Shown: piece by piece, positions 46,672 to 57,339 of the stretch | Layout of the letters: each line of letters begins with the position of its first letter | How positions within the stretch are numbered: position 1 is the first letter of the stretch | DNA from: Naegleria gruberi | Lineage: Eukaryota | Length of the DNA: 64,000 nucleotides | Assembly: GCA_000004985.1 (NCBI GenBank) | Contig: GG738861.1 | Direction: 5' to 3' (one strand) | The notes under the pieces: generated by a model | Databases searched by the model: none | What the model was told of the DNA's origin: nothing | What the model saw: the letters and a program-made list of their open reading frames with translations, nothing else | Made by a program: the position numbers and the translations under genes

Positions 46672-48392
46672 TTAAGTGAAAACTATGGCATGTGCCATCT
46701 TTGTTAATAGTTCTACTCCTGCATTTGTGAGATTATTATTCATAATGCTTAGTCTAGTCAACTGTTTCATATTACTGATGTGTTTTGCTCCTTCGTAACC
46801 AATATTACACTTGTAGGCAATTAGAGTAGTCAACTGCGTCATACCACTTACATATTGGGCGCCTTCATCTCCAATATTATTGCAACTAATATTGAGGTCG
46901 CTCAACTCTGGAATTTGGCAAATTAATTTCACTCCCTCACTTGTAATACCAGTGTTTAACAGGTCAAGTTGTTTCAAATTCTTCATGGATGAAATAATAG
47001 ATGCACCTTCGTCCTCAATTTGGTTTTCATTAAGTGAAAGATTAGTTAATTGCTTCATGCATGACAAAATTTTGGCCCCTTCTGCTGTGAGTTGAATATC
47101 GCAAATAGATAGGTCTGTTAGGTGGCACAATTCAGTGATGTATCTTATTCCTTGATCTCCAAGTCTATTATACATAACTTCAAGTGTTGTTAATTTGTTT
47201 AATTGAGCAATAGCTGTCAAATTGGTAATCCTATTAGCGCTGATTTTTAGAGTGGTCAGGTTCTCAAGGTTAGATAACGAATCGACACCTTCGTCACCTA
47301 TGCTATTAGAATTCAAATTAAGTTCAGTCAATTGGTTTAATTGTCCTATGTAACTGGTTCCTTCCCATCCTAAAGAATTATTAATAAGTACCAGGGAAGT
47401 TAATTGCTTCATTTCTCCTATTGTCTTTGCTCCTATTGGGTCAATTCCACATCTATAGGCATGAATGGATTTGATTTGCTTTAGTTCACTAAAATATTGA
47501 ACTCCTTCGCTTCCAATTGAGTTTCCATCAATATCAAGAAATTTCAAATTGGATAATTTTGAAATGAACTTGCAACCTTGTTCATTCAATGAAGAATCTT
47601 TGCAAGAAAGATGAGTTAATTTTGTAAGTTTGGTTATTGAATTAATTCCTTCATAACTAAGTTTTTCGCTATCCACCTTAAGTGACGTTAATTCTGACAA
47701 TTGACTTATGGATTCCATTCCATCATTAGTTAATCCTGTTCCAGAAATGCTTAAACTAGTTAATTTTTTCATATTTCCAATACATTTAGCTCCTTCATCT
47801 CCAATCTTATTCCAATTAACATTTAATTCGGTCAATTGATCCAATTCACTTATTCCATTAATAGTATTTTTATCAAGTCTGCAGCAAGCAACCTCAAGAC
47901 TAGTCAATTGTCTCATTCCATAAATAATTTTCAAAGACTCTTCTGAAATCCAATTCCAACCAGTGTACAGTCTTTTTAAATTTTGCATTTTCATCAAAAC
48001 TTTAAATAATTTCACATCAACAAGCTCTGTATCACTTTTGTTAAATTCAATACTTTCAATATTTTGTAAAAATTCACTTCTTGTTAAATATTTAATATTT
48101 TCGGTTGTAATTTCTTTAGAAAATTTGAAGGAAAGTTTCGAATGTGATTTAATGACTTTTAAAAATTGATATGAAATTAAACTACAAGTTGTGATGATAA
48201 ACGAAGGCTCCAAATAATTAACAATTTCCAAACAAATTTCATTAGGAAATAAATTGTTTCGATTAATTCTACTTTCCACTATTTTCGAATATTCAACAAG
48301 GTCATAACAAATGAAACTACTTACTCTTTCCGAAATCAAGCATCTTGTTGTTATTAGAAAAGAAGGAGGTGATCAAACCTTTGATTTTTTGC
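46672..48392 (-). CDS. F-box / RNI-type LRR protein, paralog of 20216-21709. A short 5' exon probably lies near 48392-48312
   Basis: F-box-like 'EICLEIVNYLEPSFIITTCSLISYQFLKVIK' followed by about 16 repeats of 'L..L.L..N.IGDEGA..I'. The main ORF has no ATG near its 5' end. An upstream ORF (ATG at 48392) can be joined through a GTAAGT...AAAATAG intron in frame (...MLDFGK|MESRINRNNLFPNEICLEIV). Confidence 0.6.
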
Positions 48393-49186
48393 ATTTTTTT
48401 GATTTTAAAATTCCTGTTCAAACCTAAACAAACTAACCACACACTAAATATTGATCTCAGATCATCTGAGTCAATTTTCCATTCGTAAGCATCCAATAAA
48501 GAAGCATCTTCAATCACAACATCTTCAAAATGGAAATCGTTTCTTTCCCCTCTGTAATCATTATCCAAAGAAGAGCATGTATGGAATTTCAGAATATGAA
48601 TTCCATCTCATTGAAAACTGTAGGTATTTTACATACTATGCAAACATTTTAAGGTGAATGGATCTACAAATGCCACTTTGTTTCTGAGAAAGAACGAAAC
48701 AACTAGATTTTGCACTAACTGTGAGTCTTCCTTCAGAAATCCAATTTCATGCTTCTCAAGGTCATTGCATTCAACTGGCATGGATAAGGTATGGTTTTCG
48801 GATTAATAAAAAGACTACAGCACCACAGGTTCCCAAGTTGTCTCCAACCTCAGTACTGATGTGGCTCGACGATGCTTAACTTCTCAAATCGGACGGGATG
48901 AGGTGCATTCATCGTGATATGGCCGTAGCCATCAATCGTCTTAAACTGTGTCTTTTCAATTAAACATCACTTCAATAAGGTCAAGTGTTCACAAGCAGCG
49001 AGTCTTGTTAAGACACATTAAGTAAATATTGCCAATTAATGAGTTAAAGAATTTTGGATAGGATTTCTTTAAAAACCACTGAAATTTCCAATTAATTAAA
49101 GTCCGTTCCATTCTCCAAAAATGTCTCAAAAGAACATTTCAGTTGAATCCATATGAATCCATCCACAAGAAGACGCAACACAAAAA

Positions 49187-50404
49187 AATGGAATCATCAC
49201 TTCTTCATCTATTATTGATGATATCCATAACCATTACAATTTTGCATAGTGCTCATAGTAAAGGTTTGTAATTTTAAAAATCATCATCATGCCTTAAACT
49301 ACCTTACCTTCCCATTATAGTTATGGCCTTACCTACATGTTTTGGTAAATTAAGCTCCGATACAGCTAATGTTTGCAGTGGAAGAGGTACATGCACTGGG
49401 CCAGATATATGTCGATGTGATGAGCCATCATTATTCGGAGGTTCAGAGTGTGAAATTGCATTATGTGGAGGATTACTACCAACAGATCCAAATGTTTGTA
49501 GTGGAAGAGGTGTATGTAGTGTTGTGTCAGGTTCTTTTGCAACATGTTCATGTGTTGATGATTCCAATTTCTCCCCATCAAATTCATATGTTGGAATGTT
49601 TTGTGAAATTCCAACATGTCTTGATTATGATCTTGTGGATTACTTTCATGATAAGTCAAATATTTGTAGTCTGAGAGGAAAATGTGTTGGTTTGAATACT
49701 TGCAATTGTGATAGAAATTCAACATTGCCTTTGGAGGATTTTCGTGTGAAAAGTCTGGATTTTCCTGTTTTGGAACACATGCAGAAAATTCACAATCTTG
49801 TTCAGGAAATGGAATTTGTATTGATGCAGATGTATGTCAATGTGATAAGAATCATGTTGGATTTGACTGTTCCATACCAAAATGTTTCAATATTTCTGCA
49901 ACAGATTCGAATGTTTGCACTTCAAAGGGAAAGTGTACGAATGTTGATACATGTCAATGTAATAGTGGATATGTTGGAAATTCATGTGAATATTATCAAT
50001 TATCTTCATCAGAAACAACCAACGTAACAATTTTGGTTAAGAGGTTGAATTTTACTTGTTTTGGAATTGAAAAGACAAGCGCTCTAGTTTGTTCTGGAAA
50101 AGGAAGCTGTGAACATTCAAATGTTTGGACATGTTTAGACGGATATTTTGGAGAAAACTGTGAACAGACATCTTGTTTTGGAATTCCAGCAAATAATTCT
50201 CAAACTTGCAATTCAAGAGGAATTTGTAAAGATTACAATCAATGTGAATGTTTAATTATTTCAAATAATACTCTATTGAATGGTAGTGATTGTTCACAAT
50301 TGTATTGTCAGGGATCTGATAATCAATTTCATCTTTCCTCAACTCCAGAATCTTGTTCTGGAAATGGAAAATGTACCATGAATGGATGTAAATGTCATGG
50401 TTGA
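49187..50404 (+). CDS. Secreted EGF-like (tenascin-type) cysteine-repeat protein. Exon 1 is 49187-49262; the frame is interrupted near 49735
   Basis: Signal peptide 'MESSLLHLLLMISITITILHSAHS', a 56-nt intron, then repeated 'CSGRG.C....C.C...[FY].G..CE' units. At 'ttgcctttggagg' the repeat continues only in the +2 frame (FGGFSCEKSGFSCFG...CSGNGICIDADVCQCD...). The rest of the window's stretch to 50404 is open in that frame. Confidence 0.55.
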
Positions 50405-50548
50405 CTATGAAATTGGAACAGATAACAAATTAATTGATATTTCTAAAGAGTTTGAATGGGTTTATGAAAGTATTGAAATCTTTCCTCAATTGGTTGCTGT
50501 AGTAGACAATATCTTGCTCAGTGACTCAATATTTTTAAGGAATTTGAA

Positions 50549-50612
50549 TACCGTGTAGTCCAATGGCTAGGATACCTGGCTTTCACCCACGGGTTCAATT
50601 CCCGCATGGGAG
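50549..50612 (+). tRNA. tRNA-Glu(UUC)-like element, apparently truncated (possible pseudogene)
   Basis: A-box-like 'TAGTCCAATGG', anticodon arm 'CCTGG-CTTTCAC-CCACG' with UUC at positions 34-36, and a B-box/T-arm 'GGGTTCAATTCCCG'. Acceptor ends TACCGTG/CATGGGA pair 6 of 7. About 8 nt are missing between the anticodon stem and T-arm compared with a 72-nt cloverleaf. It is a local GC-rich island. Confidence 0.35.
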
Positions 50613-51284
50613 GATCTTTTCGACTTTAATACTTGTTGATACACCACCTCCGTTGGTTTCAGAAAGGAGCTCCAATGCAGGCACAATGCTAATTTTGCAA
50701 CATTTATTCAAAGTGGGATGCTCAAGCTTCTTAAAAAATAAATATTTCTACTCAGAAATGGTGTCTTGTTTTTGAGATAGAAGAGTTTACAATTAGTTTA
50801 CAATAAGTTTACAACCATAGAATATTTCTTTAGACATTATGAAAAATAACAGAATTTTATCAATAGTTTAAATTTCACTATTTCATAAAAGTTAAACATT
50901 TTTCAGTCATTAAATTTTCATCAATTTCACTCACAGAGCAATGAATCGTTGCACTCAATCCATTCAATTTTTCCTTAACAGTTTTGACTGTTGAGGTTGA
51001 CTGTTCTGGTTCCTTCTCTGATGCCACTGTTTTCGTTGAGTTTCGAAATGCCAACTCGAGTGTTTTTTGGAGGGAGATTGGTGGTCAATTCATCCAATGA
51101 GGAGAGTTTAGTTAATTCTTGATCGATTTGAATGGATGCATTTTCAAGACTAGGAGCGTTTTATCCTTGTTGGCTCCCTTTCCCATTCTCATTTCTTCAT
51201 AAGATTTGCTAATTTCGGCGCAAGCAGATGATAACATAAGGAAAGTCATTTCGGATTTATTGCTCTTCTATTTCAGATCAAATA

Positions 51285-52225
51285 ATGACTGGACTGTGGG
51301 TACTTGCTTCATGTCAAATTCATTCAACCATTTCTGATGACGACTTGATGCTGTCAAATCACTCGCTCAGCAAATTCACAACATTCCAGATGCCTTCATA
51401 ATTGTTTTGACAGGTGCTGGATTGTCAACTTCATGTGGCATTCCAGATTTTAGAACTCCAGGTAAAGGACTCTTTGTAAATGGCTCACTCGGTAAGTTTC
51501 AAGTCAAAGATCCAACATCAATATTCGAAATTGGTTATTTCAAAGAAAATCCAATTCCATTTTTTGAGAGAATGAAGAATTTCATTGCCACCGATTACAA
51601 ACCATCGAAAACTCATTTCTTTATCAAGCTATTGCAAGATAAGGACAAGTTAATGAGATTGTACAAGCAAAATATTGATGGATTGGAGAGAAAAAGTGGA
51701 GTTTCAGATGACTTGTTGGTGCATTGTCATGGAAAATTGTACACCTCTCATGGCATGCATTGTAAAAAACAATTTACTTTACAATATTTAAGAGATGAAA
51801 TTACAAGTAAAGGTGAGAAGTTCAAATTCCCAAATGCAATGTTTGTGGAAATATTGTAAAACCTTATGTAGTTCTGTACGGAGAGTTGATTTACCAGACA
51901 AATTTGGAGAATGTGTTTTTCAAGATTTGAAAAAACACAAAAATTGTAAACTATTCATTGTGATTGGAACCATTTTACAAGTTTATCCAGTTGCCCTCCT
52001 TCCAGAATACGTACCTCATGGAACGATGAGAGTTTTAATCAATAGAGATCGATGTGGAGGATTTTACAATATTCAATCAGCCATTAGAGAATGTGATGTG
52101 AAGAATAATCATTTGGATTTATATTTATATATTTATATTTGGGAGGAGCTGATCAACCATTGATGGATGTGTGGAATTGTTAGTGAGAGAATTGGGATGG
52201 GAAGATGAATTGATGGAAAATTCCA
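51285..52225 (+). CDS. SIRT2-like NAD-dependent deacetylase (sirtuin) whose reading frame is interrupted at least 3-4 times
   Basis: Collinear with SIRT2 across four frames: 'IIVLTGAGLSTSCGIPDFR', 'IFEIGYFKENPIPFFERMK', 'LYKQNIDGLERKSG', 'DLLVHCHGKLYTSH', then 'PKCNVCGNIVKPYVVLYGE', then 'LPDKFGECV...KLFIVIGT.LQVYPVALLP...MRVLINRD', then 'IDGCVELLVRELGWEDEL'. Each switch is at a short homopolymer (ttg/atg, cccaaa, gagttga). Confidence 0.6.
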
Positions 52226-52398
52226 CTTTGGTGGGCATGAATAATTTGTAAAACCAAAAATCAAATCATTCCTCATAGGATTTCTCTGATTTAGAACTCT
52301 CTTTAAGCTTAATAAACTTGATAAGATGGTTTATCTCAATATAAAAACTATTACACATCCAATAATACTCACAAATTGTTGTTTATATATATACATAA

Positions 52399-53682
52399 TT
52401 AATTTTGGAGAGTGCGTGCACCACAAACCATTGTTAAGATCTCCTTCTCTGGTTTTACTTGTTCAGCTACCATATCCCACTTTTTTGCAGCATAGCGTAA
52501 TTGATTAACAGGTTTACTGACCTCATGACGCTCAAACTCTGTTTGAAAGTAAGTTTTCCACTTTAACTTTTGCAAATAAGCTATTTTTGCAGGTGCATTT
52601 TGACTATGGAGATCAATAACCTCAAACAATCGATTGGCAATGTCAACAAAATCTGGTGAATGTCCTTCGACTGTTACAATGGCATGCAATAGGAGGGTAC
52701 GAGCATATTCACTAACTGCCTGCAACAAAGTGACTGAATTATATTCAGTGAATTCTGCAGTAGCTTCCTTAAAAGCACTTGCAAGGGCATCATAATAAGC
52801 GCCTGTAAACACCTCTGATAAGAAGGGGCCCTCTTCCTCACCCTGAGAAATTTTGTAATCATTATCAGCCTTACGGAGATAACCAGGCATTCCCAATGAA
52901 ATACCAAATTCCTCAGCCAAGTTAGAAGCAAAGTTGTTTGCTGAAGCATGAAGGTTACCCAATGTTAAATTAATTAAAGCTCTAGCCATGGCATCATCAG
53001 CAAATACGAAACTTAAGGCAGAAATATCACCAAATGCTTGATGAAGACTACCAGTTTGCACATTTCTAGAATCATTGAATTCTGGACGCAAATGATCCAG
53101 TACATAATGTCCAGTTTCATGAGCAACAATGTCAGATGATTGACATGTGTAAATTGTATCTCCTTTGTCATCAGTGAAATAACCAAACTTTAGTTCAATA
53201 CTACCATTACCACGAGAATAATAAGAATTCTTTTCGTCTTCCAAACCATATGGACTGATTTGGAGAGTACCACTTGGCATCTTATTCCAGTATTCAGCTG
53301 CCTTACTCAACTTTTTATCATCAGGGAATGTTTTTCTCAATGCATTGACAGTGTCTCGCCACATATTTGCAGTCAACTTGGCAGCTGTGAAAGTATGTAA
53401 CATATCAAATCCTGGAGTACGTGGAATTAACTTGTCAATCTGAGACATTTTAATCTTTCCACCAACAATACTCATCTCAGCATCTTGAGGACCATCTTTA
53501 AAGACTTGGGGGACGTAACATTTCTCTATCATTTCGAGGAGAGGTTGGTTTCGTGTAACGCTAATATCCTGAGGGTAAAATCTCAAAACAGTGCCCTCCT
53601 CCTCAGAGGTAGCTGAAGCAGTAGCATTGATGGGTTTGTTTGTACGTTGTTCTGGCAGATTTTTTTGGATTTGAGATGACAT
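52399..53682 (-). CDS. Putative zinc metallopeptidase (HExxH) of unrecognised family
   Basis: 'IVAHETGHYVLDHL' is an HEXXH motif in a 427-aa ORF. ATG is at 53682 (MSSQIQ...); the ORF-track start is TTG. Confidence 0.45.
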   Translation of the reverse strand: MSSQIQKNLPEQRTNKPINATASATSEEEGTVLRFYPQDISVTRNQPLLEMIEKCYVPQVFKDGPQDAEMSIVGGKIKMSQIDKLIPRTPGFDMLHTFTAAKLTANMWRDTVNALRKTFPDDKKLSKAAEYWNKMPSGTLQISPYGLEDEKNSYYSRGNGSIELKFGYFTDDKGDTIYTCQSSDIVAHETGHYVLDHLRPEFNDSRNVQTGSLHQAFGDISALSFVFADDAMARALINLTLGNLHASANNFASNLAEEFGISLGMPGYLRKADNDYKISQGEEEGPFLSEVFTGAYYDALASAFKEATAEFTEYNSVTLLQAVSEYARTLLLHAIVTVEGHSPDFVDIANRLFEVIDLHSQNAPAKIAYLQKLKWKTYFQTEFERHEVSKPVNQLRYAAKKWDMVAEQVKPEKEILTMVCGARTLQN

Positions 53683-54296
53683 TTTCAACTTTTTTTATAT
53701 GAAAAACTTTGAATGTTTTGAGTATTTATTGTTGAATTATATGAAATATTGGACGAATTTGGAATGATTCCATTTTAGTAATACCAAGTTAGGTTAGTGC
53801 TGAATTTTTACTTTTTCCTTTGCAGATTTTTAAATTGGAAAATAGTAGAAGATATTTCGAAATACAAATTATCCATAGCTCTTATTAGATGGATATTTAT
53901 TGTTACAAAGTGTCCATAGCTCTGTTCAAAATTTTTGATTGGAATATTGCAGTTGTTTGCAAACAACTCAACGCTCACATGAAATATCAAACAGTCTTTA
54001 TCAGCACTTCATCATATATTTCTAATGTTTGCAGTAATTGAACTATTGGTGGTTGGAATTTTGTTAAATCTGTGAAATATTAGCACAATCATCTAATGAA
54101 TAGGAAGTTAAGTTGGTGACAAAAGTTGATAAAAACATTAAATCGCTCCTCATGGAGTGAAACTTCTCATTTTCGTGACTTGTAAAAACGTGTTCCATAT
54201 CAAACTTTCATATTATTGTAAACTCTCAATGTTTTCGAACCTGTTGTCTCATTGTTTTTACTATAAATAAATAACATTATATTTTATTTTTTTCAT

Positions 54297-55295
54297 TTGA
54301 AAAATCAGTCTGACTTTGGCAAGTTTGAACCAATTCAAAAATCAGCAGAGTTTTTACCTGCCACTTTTCTAGTCCAGGCTGGACTTGTGACTATTCGACA
54401 CGATAACCAAATGATAATGTTGGATATACCAAACGACGAAATTATGTTAGCATTTTGTGAAAGATTAATCTCGAAATCTCTACCAAAAAGTTTATTATTT
54501 CAACATGCAGAAAGATGTACCACTCACATTAATAACAATGACCCACGAGCAACTTTCAAGTTTTTTAGCATGTATTCCCTTTTCGTCAATGGACACTATT
54601 GCTAAATATGAGGTTTATTATCACACATGCATTTTTATGTTAATGTCTTTGATGGACTTTGATGTGACTTGTCAAGATTGGACAAACACTGGAATAATAG
54701 ACCTTGTTGTGATTGAAGAAACATTTATTTGGATAATTGAACTCAAGGTAGACAAATATGTAGGTTCTTGATTGAACCGATGATTCAAAAGCAAAAGCAG
54801 TATTTTGAAAAATATAAGAATTTCAATAGACAGATCGAATATATGGACATTATTATTAACAAAAGAACTTTTGAATGTGAAACCTTACCACAAAATGAAA
54901 ATATATCATTGTGCAAAGATCGTGAAGGAATTGTCGCTCCATCACCATCAAAACAAGTCATAATCAAACCAACTCTAAAAAGAGCTCAAGGAATTCTAAC
55001 CATTGGAAATGTTTCATTAGATAAAGGTAATCCAAAGAGTTGAACTATGGAACAAATCCGAATGGTATTATTGGACAATGGGTTGAATGAAGAAGATATA
55101 CTAAACAACTTGAAAGGATTTGTTTTGGAAATTATTGTCGATGCATTGATTAATTTTAACGGTGACATGCAAGCTAAAATCAAACATGTTTGTAGTATAT
55201 TATCTGAGATGCAATATTCTTTTGTTATTGCACAGTCTCTTGTTAGGTGGTCCTTTAACAACTTGGTTGAGTATAAATGCTCAAAGAAAATCTAA
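54297..55295 (+). CDS. Hypothetical gene fragmented into four consecutive ORFs in different frames
   Basis: ORFs 54297-54605, 54505-54771, 54768-55043 and 55047-55295 abut or overlap, and all have coding-like composition. This may be a frameshifted or unrecognised-intron gene of about 330 aa. No homology recognised. Confidence 0.25.
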
Positions 55296-55624
55296 GGAAA
55301 GATCATATATGAAGTGAGTTTGAGGAATTTTAATCTTAAAATCCCTTAACAAATTGTGATGAACTCCACGATCAGTCTGCTTTTTTTGCTGTATTGACTT
55401 TGAAAAAAATACTTTACGGAACAAGGCTTTGTTGTTGATGATGGAACATCAAGAATTGTTTGCGATATTCGATCAGAAAAAACCGCAGCTATCATTATCA
55501 TCGTAATGGAGGTAAAACCTGAAGAAGGTTGGTATTTTCTCATAATAACAATAATAATTAATGAAATGAATTGCTAATTAATAGAGAATATTATATTTTC
55601 GGATGATGTTTGTTTTGAAATTAT

Positions 55625-55966
55625 TTGCATGATTCGTGGTTTATTTTGAATAATTGTTCTTTAATTTCAAAACAATGGTTTAATGTGATCAAGGAACGTT
55701 CAAAACTTGTTATTCAATTTAAAAAACAATTTACAGAAAATAGAATTGAATTGTTAATGAAAAGTCAATTCATGAATAGTATTGTAAATATTAAGTTTTC
55801 TAATAGGTTGCTTAACTCTCCAGATAAAGTTAAATTCATAAGTGAAATGAAACAATTAACATCACTTAATATTGCTAACAATCAAATTGGTGTAGAAGGA
55901 TCCAAATTCATACATGAAATGAAACAATTAACATCACTTTATATTGGTGCTATTAGCGTAGAATAA
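55625..55966 (+). pseudogene. Truncated fragment of the F-box/RNI-LRR family (F-box-like region plus two LRRs)
   Basis: 'NNCSLISKQWFNVIKERSKL' plus 'NQIGVEGSKFIHEMKQLTSL' repeated twice. Same repeat consensus as the 555-aa paralogs, but only 113 aa and then a stop. Confidence 0.4.
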
Positions 55967-56195
55967 AACGTGAAACTTTATTAATGTCTCGTATCAATAA
56001 CAGCCTGAGACCAAATCTTTAGACTAACTAAGATTCTTGGTTTTGATTCGTTGTCTTATCACTAAATAGGATGCTCCGATAGTGCTTTAATATAGTCTTT
56101 TCATCTTTACAATAATTTTAAAGTTCAAATTTCTCCCAAAAAACCTTCCAAGTCTGGATATTACGACTGTTCAATCTTTTAATATCTTTAAAAAA

Positions 56196-57192
56196 ATGTC
56201 ATCACTTTCTGATGTTTACCACTCACCCGATATTCTCTCTCATGTCTTCTCCTTTTTACCACTGCCCAGTATTGCCATTATGGAGAGATCTAGCAAATAT
56301 TTTGCAGAAATGTTGAGAGCAGATTATTTTGATAAGACAATTTACAATGACACTATTTGTAAACTATTTAAAATTGATGCAAGGTTTATGAGAGAGGAAA
56401 TGCCATTGCACAATTTTAATCAGTTTTTAAGAGGAGAGAATTGTAGAGAATTATTGAAAGAGTTTTATCAAGCACCATTCATAGGTGGTTATCAATATGT
56501 TGACTTTGCAAGTATGGATTCCTATTCGGATAAGGGAGGTGTCATTGATTTTAGTTTGTATAGTCCTTGTAAATTATTGAAGTGTGTTAAAACATTGTAG
56601 ATTTGATTTGGATGACTATCTTAGGAGAAAACTGCATAAATTTGTGTTAATTGCTGCAGTTTCTAGGTGGGATTTGGATGAGAAATCGAAATTTCAAATT
56701 GGAATACCAGATAGAGAGTTGGCATTCAATTTCGATGAAAGGGATTATTCAGCTGATTCGTTTCCAGTCACTCAATACTCAATGGGAAAGGGTTTAGTAA
56801 TGATGTTCAATGATTTTAAAGAGATTGAATCCACTCATTCCATTGCCATTTCAGCATCAGGAATAGAAGATAGTGTTGCTTTCTATTCTGAAATATTAAG
56901 AAATGCTAAACCAAATGAAATGTGGTCTGACATCTTTGCTAAATGTTCAAATCCACCCTATGGGTTGAGAATTAATACAACTGAGGACATTGCAAACCTA
57001 ATCACTGAATATTACAATGATCATGATGGAAGTTGTGAAAATTATTGTTGGGATGAGTATTTATTAGAAGGAAATAGCTCATGGTCATTATATTGGCTTT
57101 CTGGTGCAGAGTGGTGGGGATGCTATTCACTCACTTCGTACGATTTCACAAAGGAGAGATTTGTCGTGGCCACTGCTTCCACTACTGATTAA
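56196..57192 (+). CDS. F-box-domain protein, otherwise uncharacterised. The frame switches near 56590
   Basis: The N-terminal 'ILSHVFSFLPLPSIAIMERSSKYFAEML' is a good F-box. Two ORFs (56196-56600 and 56584-57192) overlap by 17 nt in different frames. Confidence 0.4.
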
Positions 57193-57339
57193 AACTTTTC
57201 AAAAAGCAAGTAAATTTGATTAAGACCATTCATTATTGAAACACTTGGAAAACCAAATCACATTAAAAGATTGAGATACGAGTGATATTGAGAATTATTG
57301 GTGGTTTTTATTACACATCATCAAAAGAATTAACTGATC

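Noticed and set aside
50563-50775. 70-aa ORF overlapping the tRNA-like element
   Set aside because: It is explained by the GC-rich tRNA-like sequence locally suppressing stop codons. It is not coding.
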